Part shown: positions 18,824-27,506 of the stretch, piece after piece
Layout: every line of letters begins with the position of its first letter
Numbering within the stretch: the stretch's first letter is position 1
The notes under the pieces: generated by a model
Seen by the model: the letters and a program-made list of their open reading frames with translations, nothing else
Database searches by the model: none
Told to the model about the DNA's origin: nothing
Origin: a virus
Lineage: Duplodnaviria > Caudoviricetes
DNA: 33,190 nt
Strand: one strand, 5' to 3'
Virus record (IMG/VR): IMGVR_UViG_3300042317_000338
Location: 1 to 33,190 of that record
Made by a program: the position numbers and the translations under genes

Positions 18824-19091
18824 AATGATCCACCAACGCCTTCCCCGCTTCCACACTGTCGATCACATAGACCAGGCACCCATGCTCACGCAACCGCGTA
18901 TGCTCACGTACCTGTCCTGCTGTAGCCCGACACCCTCCCTTCTTGAACTCGATGAACACGATCAGTCCATCAGACCGGATGAATATCTGGTCAGGGACGA
19001 AGGCATGTCCCGGCGAAGTCCATTTGCGGGTGAGCCATCCCTTCGACTCAGCGTAGGCTTTGACTGCTTTCTCTATATCACGCTCAAGCAT
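18810..19091 (-). CDS. VRR-NUC domain nuclease
   Basis: 'ERDIE...KWTSPG..VPD.I...FIEFK...Q' PD-(D/E)xK signature, adjacent to the SNF2 helicase. Confidence 0.85.
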   Translation of the reverse strand: MLERDIEKAVKAYAESKGWLTRKWTSPGHAFVPDQIFIRSDGLIVFIEFKKGGCRATAGQVREHTRLREHGCLVYVIDSVEAGKALVDHYANP

Positions 19092-19510
19092 AGTTTCTCA
19101 ACCTCATTTATGTAATAGTCATAGTTGATAGGCAATATTGCATCGTTGATGTCGTTGCAGGGACAGACTGTCCAGCCGCTCTCGACACCGATCCTTCTCC
19201 ACTCGTCAGGCTTCTTCGCTAGTGGTGGCATCACCTTGACCAGTCGGCCACCCCCTGTCGAAACGTAGTAGCGTTGGGTGTTCTCAAGCTGGCGATCACC
19301 GTGTTCATCAACCAACATCAACTTGCTGTTGCGCGGCACCTTGACACGAGACATGAAGTCCATCTTGTCGGGCCAGTTACGTACCGTGTCAGCCAGTGGT
19401 GCGCCATGCACCAATACCTGCTCGGCCACCTTGGGGACAACGAGTGATGATCCGTTCTGATGCCATTCAAGATCGTATTCAAAGCAACCCTTCCTTTTTA
19501 CTTTTCCCAT
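19073..19510 (-). CDS. DNA polymerase family B, C-terminal (thumb-region) part
   Basis: MGKVKRKGCFEY...WHQN...RYYVS...INYDYYINEVEKL resembles a PolB C-terminus; own GGAG RBS lies inside the HNH gene. Confidence 0.75.
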   Translation of the reverse strand: MGKVKRKGCFEYDLEWHQNGSSLVVPKVAEQVLVHGAPLADTVRNWPDKMDFMSRVKVPRNSKLMLVDEHGDRQLENTQRYYVSTGGGRLVKVMPPLAKKPDEWRRIGVESGWTVCPCNDINDAILPINYDYYINEVEKLCLSVI

Positions 19511-20013
19511 GACGGACGCTCTCCATGATTCGGGTGATACCCGTGGATAGACTCAGCATTCTTCCTGACCAGTAATGCCTCATCAAAGGTATCGAAAGTG
19601 CCGAGGTGTCGGTAAGTCTGTCCTGACCCTATACGCGCCACATATTTACCAGATCGTTTGATCCTAGTTACACCAGTTGCGCCTGATACGTTGTCTTTAC
19701 GGACACCCCTGTTGCGAGAGTTATCTACAGACGAAACTACTCTTAAATTCGACCATCTGTTGTTCTGCTTATTGCCGTCAATATGGTCTATCTGCCCGTC
19801 CGGTTCATTACCTGTCATATACAACCAAACCAGTCTATGAACTAAATGAACCTTTCCTCTGATACCTACCGTATGGTATCCGTGTAAGTTGGTTGAGGTT
19901 ATGACCCTATTGCAACCGACCGTGCCTGCCTGACGATGGTAGATCACCTTCCTGATAAATTCGCCAGACTCAGGGTTGTATTCAAACAGTATCTTCAGTT
20001 CGTCGTGCGTCAT
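19498..20013 (-). mobile_element. HNH homing endonuclease with C-terminal AP2-like domain, inserted in the polymerase gene
   Basis: 'VHRLVW...IDHIDGNKQNNRWSNLR...N..N' then 'SGATGV...KYVARI...HLGTFDTFDEA...R'. Confidence 0.85.
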
Positions 20014-21413
20014 ACCATCTCCCCAAGGTAATTATTCACATTCAGTATGAACAACTTGCTGTATCTGGCACTCTCAAGTTCCAGTTTGGTTAGTTGCTGC
20101 CACCACTCGCAGACCTTGTTTGCTTGTCCCACGTAGTCAGGATGGATGGTGTATTCAAGGCCATCTGTGTTGAGCATGATTAGTCGCAGCGTGGGTATCT
20201 TTGCCAAATTCTCAGCAAGTAGGCACAGCAGTAACTGCCCATTCAGTGTGATTTTCAACAGAAACAACAGGTCGTAGAACACGCTGAACTTGTCACCCGC
20301 TTTACCGTAAGTGCCGTTCAGCGCCAGCTTGTAAGCGGCATTCATCGCAGTCCCTTTCGGGAAACCTTTGCGCCGATGATATAAGTCCTGATAGATGTCG
20401 CAGAACTTCTCGCCTAAATGTTCAGGGTAGAACCGATTGGTGATGGCTAGATTCGGGTAGTAACTCGATACGTCACGCGACTCGATAAGCATGTCACCCC
20501 TAGCGATAAACGACTCGTTCTCGACAGCAGCATGAATGCCCCCTGTGCCGAATACAAAATCCAATCCGTACTCATGCGCGACAAGCCCATCAAACACCCC
20601 TTTGGTTTCCCTGATGACTTGTGATCTGAGATGGTCAAGGATGCGTTTGAACCCCGGCGTTTCCAGTTCAATCCAAGGGAGGATTGCATCTCGTAAGACC
20701 AGACGATCTCTCGGTGTCTGTTTAGGCTGGCGACCATTGCTACCGTATTCATAACATTGAACACCGGCTTTCTCCAACTCTTTTTGAAAGATCAATGTAC
20801 CAATCTTCACATCGTTGGCATTCATCACATCTTCGCCCAATGTTGGTACAAGTTCCTCCCTGAACCTGATCTGCTCCAATGATGCTTCATAGAACAACTT
20901 CGTAGCACGAACATCGTGCATGTTGTACTCGTGGAGCGCTTTGATCTGCTCACGGTTCAACATGGTCCCTACCGGGAACGGAAGATCACTGATGTTGTCC
21001 ATCCGCATGTTGAACTCAAGCGCCTTGAGCGAGGTGGTACGCGCCTTGTTGTCGAAGTGGTGAATCTTGTAGAGGTCAAGCTGATCGACGTAGCGGTTCG
21101 ACGGGAACACCAGATGAGCAAACTTCTCTTCAGTCTGAATGATCTGCATCGCCTTCTCGTACAGCGTAGCCGCATCACCCTTACCCATAGCTATCAGCAT
21201 GTGCAGCACGGGGTAGTCGAAGCCCACGTTGTTGAACCCGACCATTCGGCCACCCTGTTCAGCTATCCACTGACACCATTCAATGATCTGACGACTGTCG
21301 TTGCGGTAGTCGCTAATCTCAAACTGCCACTGAATGTCATAGACGGCATGTACCGCTGACAGAGTGAACACATTTTTATACGTTTCAAGGTCGTAAATAA
21401 TATCAAATGGCAT
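20010..21413 (-). CDS. DNA polymerase family B, N-terminal part (3'-5' exonuclease, palm, fingers)
   Basis: Start MPFDIIY with GGAG RBS; Exo I DLETY, Exo II GFNNVGFDY, Exo III YNMHDV; polymerase motifs DVSSYYPN, KLALNGTYGK, NTDG; ends NVNNYLGEMV. Confidence 0.85.
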   Translation of the reverse strand: MPFDIIYDLETYKNVFTLSAVHAVYDIQWQFEISDYRNDSRQIIEWCQWIAEQGGRMVGFNNVGFDYPVLHMLIAMGKGDAATLYEKAMQIIQTEEKFAHLVFPSNRYVDQLDLYKIHHFDNKARTTSLKALEFNMRMDNISDLPFPVGTMLNREQIKALHEYNMHDVRATKLFYEASLEQIRFREELVPTLGEDVMNANDVKIGTLIFQKELEKAGVQCYEYGSNGRQPKQTPRDRLVLRDAILPWIELETPGFKRILDHLRSQVIRETKGVFDGLVAHEYGLDFVFGTGGIHAAVENESFIARGDMLIESRDVSSYYPNLAITNRFYPEHLGEKFCDIYQDLYHRRKGFPKGTAMNAAYKLALNGTYGKAGDKFSVFYDLLFLLKITLNGQLLLCLLAENLAKIPTLRLIMLNTDGLEYTIHPDYVGQANKVCEWWQQLTKLELESARYSKLFILNVNNYLGEMV

Positions 21414-21852
21414 ACTTCTTCTCCGACCAACAGTTAGTTTTCGGAGGGTACGTGTAACCACCATCGGTACGACCTTCACACCACGCTTTTATTCGATTTG
21501 TTGTTACCCCTACGGCTTTCGCTGCCACGCTAAGACTTGGGTATCGAATACCATATACGACCCACCATTTAGCTATGCGGGTGTTTTGCATCTGAGATGT
21601 CTTATCTACCCACCTACAGTTTTCAGGGGAATATCCCTTGGTATTGTCGATCCTGTCAAGTTGATGGTTCTCAGTTGGTCGCTCACCCATATCTTTTACA
21701 AACTGTACAGGATCGTCCCACGCTTCACATATCGTTATCTTGTCATAGTAATAAACATTATGACCGCTAGGATTTAGACAGCGTTGTCTCATTCCTATCC
21801 ATACACGATACTCAGGGGTATATCTCAACCCGTGTTTATATCCTTTAGACAT
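21403..21852 (-). mobile_element. HNH-type homing endonuclease with C-terminal HTH
   Basis: 'YRVWIGMRQRC.NP...LDRIDNTKGYSPENCRW...Q.QN' His-Me finger; 'YPSLSVAAKAVGV' HTH; AT-richer than neighbours; start MSKG at a TGATG overlap. Confidence 0.75.
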
Positions 21853-21968
21853 CACTTCTTGATCCAGTCGATACACTTAATCGTGCGGTACTGACGGTAA
21901 CGAACGCACCAGTCCCTGAAGCCGAGAAACGTGAGTTTCTTGCGGCAGAAGCGGCATGTTTCACACAT
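21852..21968 (-). CDS. small Cys-rich basic protein (38 aa, not in ORF track)
   Basis: MCETCRFCRKKLTFLGFRDWCVRYRQYRTIKCIDWIKK; its stop overlaps the HNH start; no clear RBS. Confidence 0.4.
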   Translation of the reverse strand: MCETCRFCRKKLTFLGFRDWCVRYRQYRTIKCIDWIKK

Positions 21969-21970
21969 GG

Positions 21971-21997
21971 AATTAAATCGGGGGATTGCTCCCCCGA
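21971..21997 (-). terminator. hairpin/terminator after SSB gene
   Basis: TCGGGGGA-GCAA-TCCCCCGA followed by TTTAATT on the - strand. Confidence 0.65.
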
Positions 21998-22004
21998 GTC
22001 CTTG

Positions 22005-22658
22005 TTACTGAGGCGTCATGAAGGACGGGAATGGTGCCGTGGGCATCGGCACACCGGGAGCAGCGGGAGCCGCCATCGGAGCAGCAACAGCACCGAACAT
22101 ACCGGATACGTCAGCAGCACCTTCACCGAACGGCTCACCATCGGCAGCGAACTGGACAGCAACGAGGTCGCAACGGATACCACGACCAAAGTTGTTCTCC
22201 TGAATCCACGGTTTGATGGCAGCATTGACGTAGCACCCGCCGTACATCTTGCGGGCCAGCGCCTGATAAGCCAGCGTGTTACCCATCTCGGTAGGCTTAC
22301 CGTCTGCTTGGATCATCTGCGGCATCTGATCCTTGTTGGCACTGATGAACACCATGCCTTCGTAACCCGAGTACGGCTTGAACGACTTCTTATCCACCTT
22401 CTCGGCACCCGAACCATAGCAGCGCAACTTGCGATCCGCTTGGATCATCTGCATCACGGTTTGGGCATTGGTTCCCCACTTCTCAGCCGCCAGCACCGAG
22501 TAACGCTGCATGAACTGAGCAAAGCCGGGGTTGTCCTGCGTCATGATGAAGTCAGCCGAATACTTTTTGGGAGCATTCGGGTTCATCGGGGAGGCGTGGG
22601 GTTCGACCAGATGGGGGAACGAGAGGCGAACATTGGACAGAAAAATAACATCAGACAT
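22005..22658 (-). CDS. ssDNA-binding protein (DUF2815-like)
   Basis: 'NVRLSFPHL.EP...KYS...YGGCYVNA.I..W...G.GI...L.AVQF..DGEPFG'. Confidence 0.8.
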   Translation of the reverse strand: MSDVIFLSNVRLSFPHLVEPHASPMNPNAPKKYSADFIMTQDNPGFAQFMQRYSVLAAEKWGTNAQTVMQMIQADRKLRCYGSGAEKVDKKSFKPYSGYEGMVFISANKDQMPQMIQADGKPTEMGNTLAYQALARKMYGGCYVNAAIKPWIQENNFGRGIRCDLVAVQFAADGEPFGEGAADVSGMFGAVAAPMAAPAAPGVPMPTAPFPSFMTPQ

Positions 22659-22670
22659 TTTGAATCTCCT

Positions 22671-23936
22671 TCAGAGTGGTTTAAGAAAATCAGGGAGGTC
22701 AGCAACAGCACCAAACATCGATGCAGCACTGATTGTAACAGCCGGACGATCATCTGATGCAGCAACAACGGTCAATTTACCATCAGACTTTTTCATGTAT
22801 TCCGACTTCAGCATAGCAAGTTGCTTATCGTTCAGTTGATGCTCGGAACCGTCCCGCTTCTTCCAGCGGACCTTCTCGGCTTTCGCGGGACTAATCAACT
22901 TGGTTTCCCAAATCGCATCCTTGGGTAACCCGAACTTCTTCAACTTCTCTGCCATCTGCTCGTCATCGAATGCCCACGATCGACTACCGCGACCACGGAC
23001 ACACTTCAGACCATCAATCTCATGCCCCGCCTCGAAACGACGCAGGGCTTCAACCTCAACACCTTCCAGCATTTGACGAATCAGGGGGGCAGCTTCCAGA
23101 ATCTCCCTGATCTGCTCATCACTCATGGTGTTCGGCTGTTTCTCAGCGGCTTGCTTGGCGACATCAAGGTTCTCAAACGTGATCCCCGATGCCTCCATCA
23201 CCTTGCCAGCCATAGCGCTACAGGCTCCCTTGTGCTTGCAATACTTACACTGCTCGTCACCGGGGATTACCGGAGCATCAGGTGCATCGGTAGCAGCAGC
23301 TTGGTCAGCAAGACGCTTCTCACCCATCAGGAACTCCATCATGGGTTTGCTGTAGGTGACAATGCCTTTCATACCACGCTCACGCAGTTTCGGCTGAATG
23401 ATGGTGAAGCGCATGGTCTTCTGCTTGACCTTCAAGTTGTCGTCAGCGATGCGAGCAATGACCCCGAACCCGTATTGGTCCAGTTGTGGATTGTCATCAG
23501 CCTCAACGGGACTCATGCCGTCCTTGTAGTCAATCAGTTCAACTTCGTCTTCACCGATCAACAGGACATCGACCGTACCTGACAAGTCGTTACGCTTGAA
23601 GATGCGAGCAGGATCGACACGAATTTCCGAGTGCCACTCGGGAAACCCCATCTCAACCTGACGGGTGCTGATGTAATCAAGCGCAAACTGGACACGCTCG
23701 GCACGATCAGCACTCACCATGAACTCACCATCATCGTCCTTGAGAGTCTGCCCAATGTACTCGGATGGACTCTTCTGCTCCATCAGGCACTTGTTGAGCA
23801 GCGTATGCGTATGCGTACCATCTACTGCTGCGGCACCGCTGCGATCCTCGGGGTACTTCGCTTCCTCACGGATACTGCCGGGACATGCCGACCAACGGTG
23901 CCGCTTGGAAGGGGATAGATTGGAGTGAGTGGTCAT
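22671..23936 (-). CDS. Cas4-like PD-(D/E)xK exonuclease (DUF2800-like)
   Basis: 'HS.LSPS..HRW..CPGS', 'GT..H', 'GTVD...IDYKDG...V.A..NPQL..Y', 'I.QP', 'CKYC...C'. Confidence 0.8.
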   Translation of the reverse strand: MTTHSNLSPSKRHRWSACPGSIREEAKYPEDRSGAAAVDGTHTHTLLNKCLMEQKSPSEYIGQTLKDDDGEFMVSADRAERVQFALDYISTRQVEMGFPEWHSEIRVDPARIFKRNDLSGTVDVLLIGEDEVELIDYKDGMSPVEADDNPQLDQYGFGVIARIADDNLKVKQKTMRFTIIQPKLRERGMKGIVTYSKPMMEFLMGEKRLADQAAATDAPDAPVIPGDEQCKYCKHKGACSAMAGKVMEASGITFENLDVAKQAAEKQPNTMSDEQIREILEAAPLIRQMLEGVEVEALRRFEAGHEIDGLKCVRGRGSRSWAFDDEQMAEKLKKFGLPKDAIWETKLISPAKAEKVRWKKRDGSEHQLNDKQLAMLKSEYMKKSDGKLTVVAASDDRPAVTISAASMFGAVADLPDFLKPL

Positions 23937-24409
23937 GCCGACGCCTTCAGTTTCTCAACACCAGCGTAAAGGGCAGCATACAACTCGGGTTTGACATCGT
24001 TGATGTTCGCCAATCCCAATTCGTTCAGCACCCCTTGGATCGTGGCACCCTTGATCGGTCCCAGGGTCTTATATGCTGCCATGATGTACTCGACCAGTCC
24101 CTTCTGATCCGTAAATGGTGCGGCACCAGCAGTAGGAGCAGGCGTGACAACCGGAACAGGATCGGCCACCACAGGGGCCGGGGTAGGGGTGGGAACCGGA
24201 GCAGCCACCACAGGGGCCGGAGCAGCAACAGGAACGGTTACAGGGGACTCGGCAGCGGGGACAGTTGCCACCACAGTAGCAGCAGGAGTAGGATTAACAA
24301 CCTTTGCCACTTCAGCTTGAGCGGCCGCAGGAAGTTTCTCCACTAGCATCTTGAGAACTTGAGTGTTAGCGAGGATTGCTTCAGCAATAACGAGGATTTC
24401 AGATTTCAT
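23933..24409 (-). CDS. Pro/Ala-rich replication-module protein
   Basis: Start MKSEIL with AAGGA RBS; long PA linker and C-terminal helical domain 'VLNELGLANINDVKPELYAAL'; upstream of the DUF2800-like gene. Confidence 0.6.
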   Translation of the reverse strand: MKSEILVIAEAILANTQVLKMLVEKLPAAAQAEVAKVVNPTPAATVVATVPAAESPVTVPVAAPAPVVAAPVPTPTPAPVVADPVPVVTPAPTAGAAPFTDQKGLVEYIMAAYKTLGPIKGATIQGVLNELGLANINDVKPELYAALYAGVEKLKASA

Positions 24410-24602
24410 TTTTAATTTCCTTAGTAAAAAGAGGATTGATAGGTGCTGCCATTTCCACACGGTTCTCGTTAAAAGCAAGAACGAGTTCCCTGAGAACATA
24501 CGAGGTGCCGCCATACTTCGCTGCCTTGTTGATAAACATCCTGCGGGTGTCGGGAGACAGCCGAACCGTCACCGCCTGATCCTTCGTTTTCTTCGTTGCC
24601 AC
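24399..24602 (-). CDS. ribbon-helix-helix (Arc/CopG-like) regulator
   Basis: GTG start with AGGAG RBS; 'AVTVRLSPDTRRMF...GTSYVLRELV' beta-alpha-alpha pattern; first gene of the leftward operon. Confidence 0.6.
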   Translation of the reverse strand: MATKKTKDQAVTVRLSPDTRRMFINKAAKYGGTSYVLRELVLAFNENRVEMAAPINPLFTKEIKNEI

Positions 24603-24636
24603 AAAATTTCTCCTATTTGTTGATGAAGTGTTGCAA

Positions 24637-24665
24637 ATGTTATGCGCTTGTTTTACACTTGTCAA
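24637..24665 (-). promoter_or_regulatory. sigma70-type promoter of the leftward replication operon
   Basis: TTGACA-N17-TAACAT on the - strand. Confidence 0.75.
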
Positions 24666-24701
24666 TAGCACCTCGCAAAATAATTTTCAGGAAGGATCAC
24701 C

Positions 24702-27191
24702 ATGACTGCCGTACCACAAGTCTCGACGCTACCTGTGAGTTTCGACCCCTATATCCGCATGGGTTGGCACCTCGTCCCGATCCCCAACGGCACCAAGGGA
24801 CCAAGGAACTCAGGATGGAACATACGAGAGAACACCATTACCGACCCCAATATGATCCCTGCCGGGTACGGTGTCGGACTGGCCCATGCCTATAGTGGCA
24901 CGATGGCGCTTGATATTGACGACTACAACGAAGCGCTGATCCAGTTGGCAGCACATGGTATCAATCTGGCGGAGTTGTTTGACGCACCCGATGCGGTGAC
25001 GATCAACAGTGGCAAGTCAGGACACGGGAAACTGCTCTATGCAATGCCTTTCGGTCTTGCTCTCCCCTCCAAGAAGATCACTGTCCCTGTGGATGGGGTC
25101 AATAAGGTCACATACGAACTGCGCTGCGCTGCCTCTAACGGGCTGACTGTACAGGATGTTCTGCCCCCATCGATCCATCCTGAAACGCTTCAACCGTACT
25201 CGTGGGGTGGTAAAGGTCACTGGCAGCGCCTCCCCTTGATCCCCGATTCGCTTATGGCGTTATGGCAGTCCATGCTCCATCAGGATACCAAGCGCGTCAT
25301 CCGCACCGAAGATATCGACGCATCATGGAACGACATCAGGGCGGCACTCAGTCATATCAGTCCCGACTGCTCCCGCGACGAGTGGGTAACCGTGGGTATG
25401 GCGCTCCACAGCACCGAACATCCTGATGCCCTTGCCACATGGGACGAGTGGTCGTCCATGTCCCCCATGAAGTACAAGGGACCGAACGACATCAATGCCT
25501 GCTGGCGCTCGTTCAAACCAGACCCCGAGGGGATCAAGATCGGCTCACTGTTCCACCTCGCCACCGAGCGCGGATGGAAACGCCCCATGCCTGATGTGCA
25601 TCACCTCTTCTCACCCATCACGCCACAAAACCCTAATCAGGTGATCGACCTGCTGACCATGCGTCTGCAACCGCCCGAGGTTGATCTGAGCCTGTTCCCC
25701 GAGCTTCTGGCTCGTCGGGCGATAGAAGTAGGCACCACACGAGGATGTGATCCGATTGTTCCTCTCATGGCAGGTATTGGTGCAGTCTGTGCGGCTGTTG
25801 ATGCCCGATCCCGTCTTGAACTGATGCCAGGTTATCAGGTGCCGCCGATCCTCTGGCTGATGACCATTGGTGACCCGTCAGACAAGAAGTCACCCGGTGC
25901 GAAGCCCATGCTGTCCATCCTGCAACGCTTGGAACTGGAAGACATTGACCGATTCAAAGCCGAACATCTGATGTGGTCAGCCAAGGAAGCGGCATACGCA
26001 GCAGCGAAAAAGAATCTGTTTGAGCACATGGCAAGCGCTGATGCCGCCATTGGTAACACCGCCATGCCAGTGGTCCCCATACTGCCTGACGAGCCAAAAA
26101 ACACCCGATTGGTTATCAATGACGCCACCAGTCAGAAACTGGTCCATCTGGCACAAGGCAGACCCCGTGGCTTCCTGCTCCATCTTGATGAGATGGGCAA
26201 CTGGGTCAATCGAATCAACGACCCTCGGTCTGGTGATGATCGCGGGTGCTGGATCGCAGGATATGAGTCAAACCCTTACACGATGGACCGCGTTACCGCT
26301 GGCACGATCTCAGCGGAAAACCTCGCCCTGTCTATCTATGGAAATATTCAACCCAAAATCTTCCACCAGCAAGTTGCCAAGATGTCCAGTGATGGTCTGT
26401 TGCAACGTTTTATCCCGATCACAATAAGAGGCGATAAAACAGTAAAACCCCAGGTGATCCCTGAGTTCATGACCTGCGAAGAAGAGTACGATCAACTCAT
26501 TCGCAAACTTTATGCTCTCCCCGGTAAAACTTATCACCTCTCACCTGGTGCATACGAGTTGTTCGATCAGTTCCAAGATTGGTATCTGGCCTTGCGCGAC
26601 GATGAACGCCTGCTCAAGACCAATGGGGTGTATATGACAGCCCTTGGAAAGATCGAGGGGACTTGTGGGCGACTAGCGCTTGTGTTCCACCTCATCAACA
26701 ACCCCTATGAGCAAAATGTCACCGCTGCCACCATGCAGTCAGCCATTGAAGTCACCAAGCGCTTATTCATCCCGTCCCTGCGGTACGCCTTCGCCAATGA
26801 GGAAAACGCCCTTGAACAATGGATTATTGACCATGTGATCCACCTTGCGGGAGAAAAGCCAACAATCACTCTTTCAGACCTGCGCCGATCAGCAAAACGT
26901 CAGATTCCCGAGGGATCAAACCAGCAGCAGGTTGATAATGACTTGAGAGTTGTCATGGATCAACTTGTAGCTGCCAACTGGTTGAGTCTTATGGAGGAAC
27001 GGCGCAATGGCGCAACGTGGGCCATAAATCCTCATGTCGCCACCCTTTATACGGACTATCGCAAGCGCGTGATCCACGCGAAGCAGGCGGTAAAAGACCG
27101 GATGATTGCCACGGTTGAAAGGTGCGGCAGAACCTATTCTCAACCTCGTCATGTCCTTGGATTTGATCCAGATCAAAAAGAGTCCGAGTAA
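24702..27191 (+). CDS. primase-helicase (Prim-Pol N-terminus, PriCT-2, DUF3987-like helicase)
   Basis: 'LVPI..GTKGP...W', 'ALDID', 'VLPPSIHPET..PY.W'; 'RDEWVTVGMALH...WDEWS...KY...W.SF'; 'GDPSDKKSP', 'DEM', 'DGLLQRF'. Confidence 0.85.
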   Translation: MTAVPQVSTLPVSFDPYIRMGWHLVPIPNGTKGPRNSGWNIRENTITDPNMIPAGYGVGLAHAYSGTMALDIDDYNEALIQLAAHGINLAELFDAPDAVTINSGKSGHGKLLYAMPFGLALPSKKITVPVDGVNKVTYELRCAASNGLTVQDVLPPSIHPETLQPYSWGGKGHWQRLPLIPDSLMALWQSMLHQDTKRVIRTEDIDASWNDIRAALSHISPDCSRDEWVTVGMALHSTEHPDALATWDEWSSMSPMKYKGPNDINACWRSFKPDPEGIKIGSLFHLATERGWKRPMPDVHHLFSPITPQNPNQVIDLLTMRLQPPEVDLSLFPELLARRAIEVGTTRGCDPIVPLMAGIGAVCAAVDARSRLELMPGYQVPPILWLMTIGDPSDKKSPGAKPMLSILQRLELEDIDRFKAEHLMWSAKEAAYAAAKKNLFEHMASADAAIGNTAMPVVPILPDEPKNTRLVINDATSQKLVHLAQGRPRGFLLHLDEMGNWVNRINDPRSGDDRGCWIAGYESNPYTMDRVTAGTISAENLALSIYGNIQPKIFHQQVAKMSSDGLLQRFIPITIRGDKTVKPQVIPEFMTCEEEYDQLIRKLYALPGKTYHLSPGAYELFDQFQDWYLALRDDERLLKTNGVYMTALGKIEGTCGRLALVFHLINNPYEQNVTAATMQSAIEVTKRLFIPSLRYAFANEENALEQWIIDHVIHLAGEKPTITLSDLRRSAKRQIPEGSNQQQVDNDLRVVMDQLVAANWLSLMEERRNGATWAINPHVATLYTDYRKRVIHAKQAVKDRMIATVERCGRTYSQPRHVLGFDPDQKESE

Positions 27192-27383
27192 ATCGCTCAC
27201 CCATGTTAAGTTCAAAACGGCATCTTCGGGTGCCGTTTCTTTTTGCGTGAGTGTCGCTGCAAACGACTCCGGCAAATCGCCCACCCATGTTAGGGTTGAT
27301 CGATGGGTTGCTGATGGTCGGCACCATGCGCGCCGTGCGGTACGCTGGTGAATTTTTCACGCACTCACCCATGTTAGGGTTGA
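27190..27383. repeat. three direct repeats (core CACCCATGTTA) with exact 84-bp period
   Basis: Cores start at 27198, 27282 and 27366; copies 2 and 3 share CACCCATGTTAGGGTTGA; copies 1 and 2 share upstream AAATCGC. Confidence 0.85.
27214..27244 (+). terminator. rho-independent terminator after primase
   Basis: AAACGGCATC-TTCG-GGTGCCGTTT followed by CTTTTT. Confidence 0.85.
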
Positions 27384-27469
27384 AAAATGGTCCGGGTAGC
27401 CCTGTACGGTCGCGGACAAGGGGAGACCGGCACCGATTCAGCAGGGGATGAGAGGCGCTAGGTTAGGCC

Positions 27470-27506
27470 AAAAAAGAACCCGCCAGGGTTAGCTTACTGG
27501 CGGGTT
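27470..27506 (-). terminator. rho-independent terminator of the leftward small-gene cluster
   Basis: AACCCGCCAG-N10-CTGGCGGGTT followed by CTTTTTT on the - strand. Confidence 0.85.

Noticed and set aside
19498-20013. Group I intron, intein or ribosomal bypass in the polymerase
   Set aside because: No non-coding flanks exist for a ribozyme core; an in-frame stop and frame change exclude an intein; a hop of about 500 nt is far longer than the 50-nt T4 gene 60 bypass; the second half has its own RBS. Not formally excluded without RT-PCR.
22671-23936. Cas4-like protein as part of a CRISPR system
   Set aside because: It sits in the usual phage replication context next to the SSB gene, with no cas1/cas2 or true array.
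24120-24300. Short repeats such as GCCACCACAGGGGCCGG in the Pro/Ala-rich gene
   Set aside because: Explained by the low-complexity APVVA protein linker.
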